In this document: in pieces, positions 1 through 9,370 of the stretch
How positions within the stretch are numbered: position 1 is the stretch's first letter
Layout: each line of letters begins with the position of its first letter
NCBI GenBank assembly: GCA_963692945.1
Contig: OY843585.1
Span: forward strand, 1,080,001-1,112,000
Source: Bdellovibrionales bacterium
GTDB lineage: Bacteria; Bdellovibrionota; Bdellovibrionia; Bdellovibrionales; UBA1609
Direction of reading: 5' to 3'
Length of the DNA: 32,000 nt
Program-made: the position numbers and the translations under genes
The notes under the pieces: generated by a model
The model's input: only the letters and a program-made list of their open reading frames with translations
What the model was told of the DNA's origin: nothing
Databases searched by the model: none

Positions 1-993
1 TTCTTTAGATATAATATTGTATTCTTTAAAACCATCGTTTGAAAGATCAAGAAAATAAAATAAGGCTTCTTGATAATCCTTTTGATTTAAAATACTTTTT
101 TTAAGATCCTTCTTGTTTTGAGATTCATTAAAAACTTTATCTGCATCTTTATTGGACCAGTTAGAGTTTTGGACCATCTCTTGACCCTCTCCCTCATTCT
201 CTTCCGCTTTCAACATCTCTTGACCCTCTCCCTCATTCTCTTCCGCTTTCAACATCTCTTCATATCTGACTGATAGAGAACCCGTACTATAAAATATAAA
301 ACCATAAGGGCTTATAGATATATTTCTAGCACCTAAAAGCATATATCTAGCACAACCGTCACCACAAAAACCTAATATCTGTAAATCTACTTTTTTCTCT
401 TTAAAATATTCACCTAAAGCCATAGCTACTTCTACATCAATTCCACTAAAAATATTAAGACCAACTTCTTTAATATTATTTTTTTCTAAAGCTTTATCAA
501 GTGCTTTTATCACTTGAGCTGGGTTCTCTTCAGACTTAGAAATCTCTAAAGTCGTATAGTCTTTAGACCCATTTTTTAACATAAACTGTATAGATTCACT
601 TTGGTTATAGAGTAGGACGGTAGCCAGTTTTTCAGGCAAGTTTTCCAACTGGTTAAAAATATAATTTTCTAAAGATTTTATATAGTTGGTAGGCATTGAA
701 TACATTATAGTGAAAATAATTTGAGGATTTAAAGTTTGAAGAGATATATCTCTTATAAACTGATCAGACATAGGTGTATCGTTTTTAAACCATGAAGATT
801 TTAGTAAGGCCTTATCAACTAGATCTTCAACCATTTGATTGGTTTCCTCAAAACTCATTTGCTTTGCATCTTTTATAACTTGCTCGCTAGGATTTTGTTT
901 GGTTTTTTTGTAGGATTCTGGTTCAGAAAAAGCCATTCCAGAAATGAAGATAGTGGTTAAAAGAACAACACGAATGATAAAATTAAAAATCAC
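1..993 (-). CDS. Hypothetical secreted protein, C-terminus off-window; GTG start at 993
   Basis: Not in the supplied ORF track. My manual minus-strand translation is open from GTG (991-993) to position 1. N-terminus V/M-IFNFIIRVVLLTTIFISGMAFS looks like a signal peptide. No family recognised. Confidence 0.55.
   Translation of the reverse strand, partial: MIFNFIIRVVLLTTIFISGMAFSEPESYKKTKQNPSEQVIKDAKQMSFEETNQMVEDLVDKALLKSSWFKNDTPMSDQFIRDISLQTLNPQIIFTIMYSMPTNYIKSLENYIFNQLENLPEKLATVLLYNQSESIQFMLKNGSKDYTTLEISKSEENPAQVIKALDKALEKNNIKEVGLNIFSGIDVEVAMALGEYFKEKKVDLQILGFCGDGCARYMLLGARNISISPYGFIFYSTGSLSVRYEEMLKAEENEGEGQEMLKAEENEGEGQEMVQNSNWSNKDADKVFNESQNKKDLKKSILNQKDYQEALFYFLDLSNDGFKEYNIISKE
175..260. 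repeat. 39-bp perfect tandem duplication (2.2 copies), in frame inside the 1-993 CDS
   Basis: catctcttgaccctctccctcattctcttccgctttcaa occurs at 175-213 and 214-252, with a partial third copy. It encodes EMLKAEENEGEGQ twice. Confidence 0.9.
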
Positions 994-1200
994 ATAAACC
1001 CCAAGATGTTAAAATTAACTATCTCTTATATTATTACCTGTTGTATATTATTTACTTATTAAAAAAACAATACATTGTGTAAAAAACAGACTTAATTCTT
1101 GATAAATCAGACCTACCCCCCTCTCTTCCATTAGATTTGATTATATAAGAAATAAGATTGATCTGGATTTTAGAAAATGGAAAATAATTTTTAACTTCAT

Positions 1201-2547
1201 TCATCTACCAGAAATAGATAATTCAGGCACTAAGAAAGAGGGAACTTTAAAAGAGCCATTGTAATAAAGGCTATCTTTTGCAACCCTCAAAATATTAGAA
1301 AAGATATCTATCAAATTTCCAGAAACTGTAAACTGACAAATGGCTTGAGCTTCTCCTCTGTTCCATAAAAAACCTTCTGACTCAATAGAAAAATTTCCAG
1401 AAACAGGATTATAACCTGCCAAACCTTTTAAAAAATCAATCACGATAACTTGAGGGTATTCCTTTAAAAGATCATCAAAAGAGCTCGTCCCTTCTTTCAT
1501 AATTGTATTTGTAGGAGCTACGACAACCATTCCATCAGCAGATCTAGAAGCTTTAGCCGTGTGAAGTGTTTTTAAAAATCTCGCTGTAAAAGAATTGGTC
1601 AAATAATTTTTAATAACTCCCTCCTCTACAAGAGTTGTTTTTTGAGAAGAAAAACCTTCCTCATCAAAAGGGGTTGAATTGAATCCCCAAGAGACAAAAG
1701 GATCATCATATAAGCTAAAAGAAGAAGATAATTTTTTCTTATTTAAAGAATCTTTTAAAAGAGATAACTGTTCGTAAATTGTTTTTCCATTTAAATGGTT
1801 TAATAATAAAGAAACCAATGTCGCCGCAGCTTGACCCGATTGAAAAATAACAGGATAACAGTTTGTCTTTGGTATAGAAAAGTTAAGTTTTTTTAAAGAT
1901 TTAGAGGCTGATTCCTGACCTATTTTCTCAAAATCAACAGATTTATAATTTCTGGAAGTTCTATGAGACATGCCCTGAGATCTCTGATCTTTATCAATAG
2001 ATAAAGAGTAGCTCATAGCAAAAACACTATTGCTATGGTAAGAACCCTGTGTTTGTTTGTTATTTCCGAAAATACAAGAAGAGTTCTGATCTCTACAAAT
2101 ATTAATAATAGGGGTGATTTTATCTCCTAAAGATAAAGCCGCTTGATCCATACTTTTTACTTTTTCTATTTTTTCTGATAAATCTATAGAAGACATTTCA
2201 GAATCGTAAATCATTTTATCCATATCTATATATTTTTGATCAACACTTAACTCCCCTTTCTCTTCTCTATCTGATAATTTTAAACTGTTAAGAGCTTGGG
2301 CATAACACTCCTCCAGACTTTTTTTAGAAAAATCCTTAGAGTAAGAAACTCCAAATTTATTAGAAGCTAAAAGTCGTAGTGTTAAATTTCTATCTTTTGA
2401 ATTGGAGTAATTTTTTAATTTTTGTTTTTCAACAGAAATGGTATTGTATTTTTGTTCGCAAGCATAAAAATCAAAAGACACTCCATCTTTTTTAGAAAGA
2501 TAATGAAATTGGTCTAAAAAAAAATCTAACTCTTTTTGACCAATCAT
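1201..2547 (-). CDS. pmbA: PmbA/TldE, metalloprotease partner of TldD
   Basis: 448 aa with TldD/PmbA-family C-terminal region (GNFSIESEGF...). It lacks the HExxxH motif. Its start overlaps the TldD stop by 4 bp (ATGA), the classic tldD-pmbA pairing. Confidence 0.8.
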   Translation of the reverse strand: MIGQKELDFFLDQFHYLSKKDGVSFDFYACEQKYNTISVEKQKLKNYSNSKDRNLTLRLLASNKFGVSYSKDFSKKSLEECYAQALNSLKLSDREEKGELSVDQKYIDMDKMIYDSEMSSIDLSEKIEKVKSMDQAALSLGDKITPIINICRDQNSSCIFGNNKQTQGSYHSNSVFAMSYSLSIDKDQRSQGMSHRTSRNYKSVDFEKIGQESASKSLKKLNFSIPKTNCYPVIFQSGQAAATLVSLLLNHLNGKTIYEQLSLLKDSLNKKKLSSSFSLYDDPFVSWGFNSTPFDEEGFSSQKTTLVEEGVIKNYLTNSFTARFLKTLHTAKASRSADGMVVVAPTNTIMKEGTSSFDDLLKEYPQVIVIDFLKGLAGYNPVSGNFSIESEGFLWNRGEAQAICQFTVSGNLIDIFSNILRVAKDSLYYNGSFKVPSFLVPELSISGR

Positions 2548-3953
2548 TTGAAAGAACCCTCCTTAGAGTCCGATTGACCACCAACTGTAAGTTTTGAAAC
2601 TAAAATCGGAGGTTGACCTACGGTTACAGGCACCCATCCACTTATAGAGCCACAATGTCCAGGACTTAATTTTAAATCTTTTCCAACTTTTTTAATTTTA
2701 GACAAAGTATCCAATCCATTACCTATTAGGCTAGCTCCTTTAACCACTTTATCTAACTTTCCATTTTTAATGAGACGAGCTTCAGTGACAGCAAAATTGT
2801 AACTGCCTGTTCCAGGAGTTACAGAACCTCCACCTAGAGATTCAGCAAATAAACCAAAATCTATATCCTTAATCATATCTTCTAAACTCGATTCACCAGC
2901 GGCTATATAAGTGTTTCTCATTCTTGAAGTAGGAGGGTATTTATAATTTTGTCTTCTTGCACTTCCAGTTATTTTATAGCCCGTCTTTTGAGAACCTATT
3001 TTATCTACCATATAATTTTTTAAAACACCTTTTTCTATAAGAGTTGTTTTTTGAGAAGCATTCCCTTCATCATCTACATTTAAAAATCCATACTCCCCTT
3101 TAATAGTTCCGTCATCATAGGCAGACACACAAGAGTTAGAAATTTTTTCTCCCAATTTATCTGCAAAAACTGATTTTTTATCGGCTACAGAAGTTGTCTC
3201 TAAACCATGCCCACAAGCTTCATGAAAAATAACTCCCCCAAAACCATTATTAATAATAACAGGGAAAGCACCAGCAGGAGCTTTATCTGCTTTTAAATTT
3301 TTTACAGCTTGTTGTCCTGATTTAACCGTTAGCTCTCTCAAAGAATCTTCTGAAAAAGAAGTTTGAATTCCAGCAACTCCCTTAGAAATAAGACCTGTTT
3401 CTTTTTCTCCTTGATCTTCAGCAACAGACATGACTTTAAACAGTTGATAGGGACGAGAGTCAAAAGATAACAAACCTTCTGAGTTTGCAATTTGAACTCT
3501 TTTCTGATTACCAGTGAGACTCAAAATCACTTGAGAAATAAAAGAATTTGTAGATCGTAAATCTTTATCTAACTTTTGAAGAAGTTTTTTTCTATCTTCA
3601 AGACTTTTATCTTGAAATTTTTTTGGAAATTCATAAATAAAAGGATTTACAAAAGGCTCTTCATCAAGTAATGGTTTTTGAATTTTTCTTGTTTTAAGAG
3701 AGGAAAGATTTTTTACAAGTTGAATTAAATTGTTTTCATCAAGATCGTTTGCATAAGTGTAAAGTTCTTCGTTCCCGTAAAAAAGTCTTATACCTACACC
3801 AAAATCTTTTCCAGAAACATAAGTCGCTTTAGAATCTTTTAGCTCCATTTGATAGGCCAAAGTTTCTTCAGCATAGACTTCACAAAAGTCTGCACCAGCA
3901 GATAAACCTGTATTTATAATATTAGATATTAAACTCTTAGATAGCAACATCAT
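2544..3953 (-). CDS. tldD: TldD metalloprotease
   Basis: 469 aa. HEACGHGLE zinc-binding motif and GxGSYNF region typical of TldD. Confidence 0.88.
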   Translation of the reverse strand: MMLLSKSLISNIINTGLSAGADFCEVYAEETLAYQMELKDSKATYVSGKDFGVGIRLFYGNEELYTYANDLDENNLIQLVKNLSSLKTRKIQKPLLDEEPFVNPFIYEFPKKFQDKSLEDRKKLLQKLDKDLRSTNSFISQVILSLTGNQKRVQIANSEGLLSFDSRPYQLFKVMSVAEDQGEKETGLISKGVAGIQTSFSEDSLRELTVKSGQQAVKNLKADKAPAGAFPVIINNGFGGVIFHEACGHGLETTSVADKKSVFADKLGEKISNSCVSAYDDGTIKGEYGFLNVDDEGNASQKTTLIEKGVLKNYMVDKIGSQKTGYKITGSARRQNYKYPPTSRMRNTYIAAGESSLEDMIKDIDFGLFAESLGGGSVTPGTGSYNFAVTEARLIKNGKLDKVVKGASLIGNGLDTLSKIKKVGKDLKLSPGHCGSISGWVPVTVGQPPILVSKLTVGGQSDSKEGSFK

Positions 3954-3989
3954 TTCATTTAGCCATAATCTTTAAAAAAAGTAAAGTTT

Positions 3990-4733
3990 TTAAGTGGTCA
4001 CTCCACCCGTCACTTCTACAACAGCACCATTAATATAAGAAGACTCTTCAGAACATAAAAAAAGACAAGTGTTAGAAATATCTTTTACTGTTCCTAAACG
4101 AGCCAATGGAATTTTTTGTATTAAGGAGTCCATCACTTCAGAAGGTATATCTTTTAAAATGTCTGTCTGTATAAAGCCAGGAGCAATCGCATTCACCGTA
4201 AAACCTTTTCTCCCTAACTCTCTAGACCAAACTTTAGTAAACCCTATCACACCAGACTTAGCAGCCACATAGTTGGTTTGTCCAAAATTTCCATAAAGAG
4301 CAACAACACTAGATAAATTTACAATTCTTTTAAATGCACTTTTCTCATTAAAACTTGATAATAAACTTTTAGTGACATAAAAAACTCCATTCAGATTGGT
4401 TTGTATAACCTCTAGATACTCTTTCTCTGTTATTTTAGATAAACTTTTATCTCTTAATATCCCTGCGTTATTAACTAAAATATCAATTTTAGAATCTAAA
4501 CCTACAGCTCCTTCTTGGCATTCTTTAAAAGAAGAAACATCTCTTTTTTTTGTAACTAAAGAAGGATTGTTTAAATCTTTTTCTAATTGTTTTAATTTAT
4601 CTTCTGAATAATCCCATACAATAACAGTGGCTCCTGCTGAAAGAAAATCTTCCACAATTTGCCGACCTATCCCCTGTGCCCCACCGGTCACTAACACTTT
4701 TTTATCTGTAAAATTAAATTTGAGAGAGGCCAT
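3990..4733 (-). CDS. Short-chain dehydrogenase/reductase (FabG-like 3-oxoacyl reductase)
   Basis: TGGAQGIGR Rossmann motif, NNAG, and catalytic YVAAK (YxxxK). 247 aa. Confidence 0.85.
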   Translation of the reverse strand: MASLKFNFTDKKVLVTGGAQGIGRQIVEDFLSAGATVIVWDYSEDKLKQLEKDLNNPSLVTKKRDVSSFKECQEGAVGLDSKIDILVNNAGILRDKSLSKITEKEYLEVIQTNLNGVFYVTKSLLSSFNEKSAFKRIVNLSSVVALYGNFGQTNYVAAKSGVIGFTKVWSRELGRKGFTVNAIAPGFIQTDILKDIPSEVMDSLIQKIPLARLGTVKDISNTCLFLCSEESSYINGAVVEVTGGVTT

Positions 4734-5898
4734 TTAAATCCTTTGCTATATTTTTTTCTAAAGATTCTACGGTTCCTCCACCAATTTCAAGAAGCTTAGA
4801 GTCTCGCCAAAATCTTTCCACATTGTATTCTCCCACATAACCATAACCACCTAAAACTTGTATAGAACGATCAGCAACTGTTTTTGCCATTTGAGAAGCT
4901 ATAAGTTTAGTTGCATCCGTATCCAATCTTTGATTTTGAGATTTATTTTGCATTTTTCGGGCCACATCATAAACAAAAGTTCTCACTGACTTGTATTCAG
5001 CATAACTTTGAGCTAAGTGTTTTTGTATCTGACCAAATTGACGAATAGACTTTCCAAAAGATTTTCTCTCTGAAGCATAACGATTCATATCCTCTAAGCA
5101 ACGACGAGCAATTCCTAAAGACATGGCTGCTAAAGTCAATCGTTCCACCTCTAAGTTTTTCATCATATGTACAAGAGATTCACCTTCTTGACCAACAAGA
5201 TGAGTTTCAGGAACCACACAATTATCAAAAACTAGCTCTGCTGTATTGGAAGATCGCATTCCTAATTTGTCTTGAATTTTTTGACCAACAGAAAAACCTT
5301 TAAAAGATTTCTCAACAATAAAAGTAGAAACTTTCTCTCCTGTTTTAGCATAGACCAAACAGCAATCACAAGGCGTTTTGTTTTCATCCAAACTTCCGTT
5401 TGTGATCCACATTTTACGACCATTGAGTAGATAGTTGTTTCCTTTTTTTTCAGCCTTTGTCTTCATGGCCAAAACATCCGTTCCACAATCTGGTTCGGAC
5501 ATAGCCATAGCTCCTATTTTTTCACCCCTACAAAGAGCTGGAAGAAGTTGTTTTTTTTGCTCCTCATTTGCATTACGATAAATATTATGAACACACAAAA
5601 CACTATGAGCTAGATAGGCTAAACAAAAACCGGGATCAGAAGAACTTAACTCCTCATGAACTAAAACAGCTGCCGTGAGATCCATTCCTGAACCACCTAA
5701 CTCCGTTTCTTTCACTAATAAACCTAAAAGACCTATTTCCCCTAATTTACGAAAAATCTTAAGATTAAATTCTTCCTTTTTATCAAACTCAAGAGCTTGT
5801 CCTTCCAGCTCTTTTTTTACAAAGTCTGAAACCATTTCACGCAAAGCTTTATGCTCAAGGGTAGGTTCAAAAAGAGATAAATCATTCCAGCTAGACAT
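4714..5898 (-). CDS. Acyl-CoA dehydrogenase family protein (isovaleryl/short-branched-chain-like)
   Basis: 394 aa with typical ACAD layout: GAMAMSEPDCGTD, WITNG, and C-terminal LEIGGGT. Its 3' end overlaps the SDR gene start by 20 nt. Confidence 0.85.
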   Translation of the reverse strand: MSSWNDLSLFEPTLEHKALREMVSDFVKKELEGQALEFDKKEEFNLKIFRKLGEIGLLGLLVKETELGGSGMDLTAAVLVHEELSSSDPGFCLAYLAHSVLCVHNIYRNANEEQKKQLLPALCRGEKIGAMAMSEPDCGTDVLAMKTKAEKKGNNYLLNGRKMWITNGSLDENKTPCDCCLVYAKTGEKVSTFIVEKSFKGFSVGQKIQDKLGMRSSNTAELVFDNCVVPETHLVGQEGESLVHMMKNLEVERLTLAAMSLGIARRCLEDMNRYASERKSFGKSIRQFGQIQKHLAQSYAEYKSVRTFVYDVARKMQNKSQNQRLDTDATKLIASQMAKTVADRSIQVLGGYGYVGEYNVERFWRDSKLLEIGGGTVESLEKNIAKDLNGLSQI

Positions 5899-5944
5899 AT
5901 AAAATCATTCTAATTCAAAAACACTTCTATAAACAAGACTAGTA

Positions 5945-7843
5945 TTAAATAATTTTTTTGGAAAAAACTAGTTTATTCGGTAATAAATAAGATTTATTTA
6001 AAGTGTTTTCTGAAATAATTAAGACATCTTTTCCTTTGTTATGACAGGCTGCTAAGCGGAAATGACCTGAACGAAGCCCTCCTAAATACCACCTTGTATC
6101 CCCAACATAAACAATATCAGAAGTATTTGCTTTCATTTTATCAGCCATTTCTTTGGAGATAGAGATGTGATTTGGATCAATGCTATTATTAATTTCTATT
6201 TTTAAATTCTTTACTCTTTTCCCCCAGGCCAGATTAGGTTCTCCCTGTTTAAAAGCCTTCATAGCCTCGTCAATAGTCCCTATTGTGTAACCCAAAAACC
6301 GCTCCTTAAGAGCAGGTTCCGTAAATAAAGTCACAAGGATGCCTGAGAAAGCTGTGACAAGCATACCAAAAAGAGCTCTAAAATAAATAGGGTCTCCCTT
6401 AGGAGAACCATAAACAAAATCTCTTAAAGGATAAATCCATTCTGGAAAAAAGAGCGTTAAAAAGCTAAAAGATACTCCCGTCACTAAAGCAATATTAGCA
6501 GCCTTACTATTAAACCGATTCCATAAAATACCTAAAAGTAAAGTGACTACAATAGAAGGAATGATTATCATAATACCTTTATAGTGAATGGACATTAAGG
6601 TTCCTTTTTGTTGATAAAACCAAACCACTAAAAGCAATCCTAAACCAGTTGAAACAATAGAAGCATATCTAGCAACACGAAGATAATGTTTATCACTCGC
6701 TTTAGGTTTTATGAGAGGCTTATAAATATCGTAAATACCAATGGCAGAAGCGGCATTGATTAAAGTGTCAATGGTTGACATAAGAGCAGCAAGTAAAGCC
6801 GCTAAAATAAAACCTAAAACGATAGGGTTATCTTGAACTACATACCAAACCACAGTCACAAAAGTATGAAAACTATCTTCTATTTGTAAAAAACTTTGAT
6901 TGGCAAGAGCTTGATTGAGAGATTCTTGCTTAACCATAATGGACTTTCCTAACCAACCAATAGAGCCTACCACAATCGCTGATAAAGGCAGAGAAATGAG
7001 AACATTTGCGAAACCTGCAAAACGAGCTTCATTAACACTTCGGATACTTAAGTATCTCATTAAAAATCCTTGGTTTAAAAATACAAAAGCAATACTGCCT
7101 GCCACAGCATCTCCCCAAAACATACCTACAGAATTAAAATAAGGGTTTTCTCTAAAAGGAGCAAAAGGGATACGATGCTCTAACGGGAGGTAAGAAAAAA
7201 ACTCTCCAAACCCTCCAAGCACATAAAGACCATAACCAAAAGCTAAAAATCCAATAAAATAAAGAAGCAAGCCTTGAACAAGGTCTGTAAAAATAACAGC
7301 TGTTTGCCCACCTAAAGTGACATAAGTTCCTAAAAGTAAAGTGATAAAAGGTAAAGTGTAAAGTGGAGAAAAGCCAAAAATACCTTCAAAGGCTAAACCT
7401 ATAGTGAAAAGATTGTAACCTATATAATAAAAAATATAACATAGTAAAATAAAGACTGTGATGTAACGAGCTGATTTATTAAATCTTTTTTCAAAATATT
7501 CTGGAATGGATTTGATTCGTGAAAAATAAATGATAGGAAGCCAACCAAAAAAGAACAAAGGAACGATAAACCAGTCGTTCATATACCCCATTGCACTACT
7601 CATTCCTGTATTAAAGCCTTGTTGAGAGTACTTGAGGTAGCTGTAAGAACCTATACCTGTTGCCATCATACTAAAAAAAGGAAGCCACCACGCAAATCTT
7701 TGACCACTAAAAAAGAAATCATGAATACTAGAACTGAATTTAGAAAAATAGATACCAAAAAAAGTGATCATTAAAAAATAACAGGAAACTATTCCTAAAA
7801 TAATTAACAAAGTTGTGCTACTAAGATTTATACCAAAATTCAT
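5945..7843 (-). CDS. Sodium:solute symporter (SSS) family transporter with about 110 aa C-terminal soluble extension
   Basis: 632 aa, polytopic hydrophobic protein with SSS-like spacing of TM segments. The hydrophilic tail starts at about GYTIGTIDEAMKAF. Confidence 0.7.
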   Translation of the reverse strand: MNFGINLSSTTLLIILGIVSCYFLMITFFGIYFSKFSSSIHDFFFSGQRFAWWLPFFSMMATGIGSYSYLKYSQQGFNTGMSSAMGYMNDWFIVPLFFFGWLPIIYFSRIKSIPEYFEKRFNKSARYITVFILLCYIFYYIGYNLFTIGLAFEGIFGFSPLYTLPFITLLLGTYVTLGGQTAVIFTDLVQGLLLYFIGFLAFGYGLYVLGGFGEFFSYLPLEHRIPFAPFRENPYFNSVGMFWGDAVAGSIAFVFLNQGFLMRYLSIRSVNEARFAGFANVLISLPLSAIVVGSIGWLGKSIMVKQESLNQALANQSFLQIEDSFHTFVTVVWYVVQDNPIVLGFILAALLAALMSTIDTLINAASAIGIYDIYKPLIKPKASDKHYLRVARYASIVSTGLGLLLVVWFYQQKGTLMSIHYKGIMIIIPSIVVTLLLGILWNRFNSKAANIALVTGVSFSFLTLFFPEWIYPLRDFVYGSPKGDPIYFRALFGMLVTAFSGILVTLFTEPALKERFLGYTIGTIDEAMKAFKQGEPNLAWGKRVKNLKIEINNSIDPNHISISKEMADKMKANTSDIVYVGDTRWYLGGLRSGHFRLAACHNKGKDVLIISENTLNKSYLLPNKLVFSKKII

Positions 7844-7858
7844 ACTAACCTTTTTATT

Positions 7859-8353
7859 TTAAAATTTTGTTGGAAAAGATACAGATAATAAAATCCATAA
7901 ACCATGCATAGAAAAACTAAACATCAATCCACAAAATACAGCCACCACCCAAAACCATTCCTGTCGTTTTCTCAAAGAGAGTTTCTTTTTTGAAATTGAG
8001 AACACACTAAAAGTTGGTAAAAATAGAGATAATAAAATCCATAAACCATTTTTATAGAGTTGGACAAAGAATATTATTACAAGGAGGTATAGAAACAAAA
8101 GCAATACTTGCCGTGGTTTCATTACAAAAAAGTTTTTTCTGATGAGGTTTTTTGATTCTGGGAAAATAAATAACAAGCTAAAACTAAAAAAAAGTCCGCC
8201 CATGCCATAGGTGTATAAATAGCTCAACCAAGGGCTCTTCTCTCCAAGAATTTCAACTAAGTAACGAGGGTAGTAATAGACAAGTCCTATTACAAAAAAT
8301 AACAATAAAACAGCAAGGAAAAACAATTTATTTTGAATGTTTTTAGTTATCAT
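7859..8353 (-). CDS. Small integral membrane protein, possible symporter accessory subunit
   Basis: 164 aa with 4-5 hydrophobic segments. Internal repeat GLWILLS(L/V)(F/S)(L/F)PT(F/K). Lies 15 nt upstream of the symporter gene. Confidence 0.45.
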   Translation of the reverse strand: MITKNIQNKLFFLAVLLLFFVIGLVYYYPRYLVEILGEKSPWLSYLYTYGMGGLFFSFSLLFIFPESKNLIRKNFFVMKPRQVLLLFLYLLVIIFFVQLYKNGLWILLSLFLPTFSVFSISKKKLSLRKRQEWFWVVAVFCGLMFSFSMHGLWILLSVSFPTKF

Positions 8354-8453
8354 ATTTAACCTTTATCTAAATCATTTTTTTTAGTTTATTTGTAGTCTTT
8401 TTTAAGTCTTTTTAAAGACCTAACATCTCTTTTTTTCAAAAGCAATAGGATAT

Positions 8454-8747
8454 ACAAAACTCTAGTGTGTGAATTTTTATTTTCACGAGATTTGAAGAAC
8501 TTATCCATATGCGAAAAACCGTAGTTTTTCTCTAGGCATACCCTTTTTACTTTTTGAGGTTGAAGAGTGTCCCTCTTACGATGAAAACTCCTAAACTAAT
8601 TTGCGAAAACCAGTAGGTTTTCTCTAGTTCAAACATAAGCCTATTAAGCAACTCTTATTTTAACGAGATTTGAAGAGTGTCCCCTTTTACGATGAAAAGC
8701 TCGTTAAAATAAGAGTAGGAATTTACCTTAACTGAACGAGAGTTTTG
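8454..8747 (+). mobile_element. Mosaic palindromic repeat element (BIME/MITE-like) with imperfect 13-bp terminal inverted repeats
   Basis: Left end acaaaactctagtgtgtgaatttttattttcacgag (8454-8489) is identical to 21423-21458. Right end gaacgagagttttg (8734-8747) is its inverted copy with 1 mismatch. Core copies at 8560-8586 and 8668-8699. The second core is enclosed by a perfect 17-bp stem (8651-8667 / 8700-8716). Confidence 0.7.
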
Positions 8748-8748
8748 A

Positions 8749-9035
8749 TTTTACAGACTTAAGTACAAAGCACAAAGTTTAATAATTTATTAAACTTGAC
8801 TCTACCCCCCCCCATTTAAAACTAGTAATAATTAACCAAAGAAAGGAGAAAATTATGAAATATTTAATACTATTAAGTTTATTTTTTTGCATACAAGTTT
8901 TTGCAAAGAAACCAAATCTGTCGGACCTACCTGCTGTAGGTGTAGGTGGATATGGTGGTGCTGTGGTTACCAATAAGGGACTTCCAGGTGGTGGATATCC
9001 TGCAACTGGGAACGAGAGAGATATTAGAAAAGAAC
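8749..9035 (+). repeat. Direct repeat copy A: promoter, signal peptide and Gly-rich 5' cassette
   Basis: Near-identical to 13201-13465 outside the ~35-nt 5'UTR. One 21-bp in-frame indel (8967-8987). Confidence 0.9.
8796..8822 (+). promoter_or_regulatory. Candidate sigma70-type promoter with C9 tract in the spacer
   Basis: TTGACT (8796-8801), 15-nt spacer containing C9 (8805-8813), TAAAAC (8817-8822). RBS AAAGGAG lies 7 nt before the ATG at 8855. Confidence 0.5.
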
Positions 9036-9298
9036 AGTTACAAAGAAAGTATGATATTGATCAAGCCTATTTTCTAGGTCGCTTAGATACGGTAACAAAT
9101 AATTTGAAAAGTCTTAAAAAAGCAAATATAAAAAGATACCGTATGGGAAAAAATCTTTTTCAATATAGCATGAAGAACCCTTTTTCAAATAAGGAGATTG
9201 CTAAACGAGATTTCAAAATTCTTGAAAAAAGATACAGAAGTCTGAAGAAAAAGATAGGAACAATAGAAAAGATCTTAACACAAGGCCTGGTAAATTAA
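8855..9298 (+). CDS. Small secreted Gly-rich / Lys-rich helical protein, paralog A
   Basis: 147 aa. Signal peptide MKYLILLSLFFCIQVFA, GVGGYGGAV Gly-rich segment, basic C-terminal half. Paralog of 13307-13729. Confidence 0.75.
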   Translation: MKYLILLSLFFCIQVFAKKPNLSDLPAVGVGGYGGAVVTNKGLPGGGYPATGNERDIRKEQLQRKYDIDQAYFLGRLDTVTNNLKSLKKANIKRYRMGKNLFQYSMKNPFSNKEIAKRDFKILEKRYRSLKKKIGTIEKILTQGLVN

Positions 9299-9370
9299 AG
9301 AAATAAGCGTTAAGAAAAGAAGTAAACGTTAAGGTTGTAAAACTTTAACGGTTATTTTTACAAGACTTAA

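Noticed and set aside
1081-1140. C6 run (acctacccccctctc) resembling the C9 promoter tracts.
   Set aside because: It is shorter and is not placed between recognisable -35/-10 elements for either flanking gene. It is probably coincidental.
8651-8716. Integron attC sites, because imperfect palindromes flank small gene cassettes.
   Set aside because: The stems do not fit the RYYYAAC / GTTRRRY core-site consensus. Two of the three stem classes lack AAC/GTT at the right place. No intI gene is present, and the genes have their own promoters.
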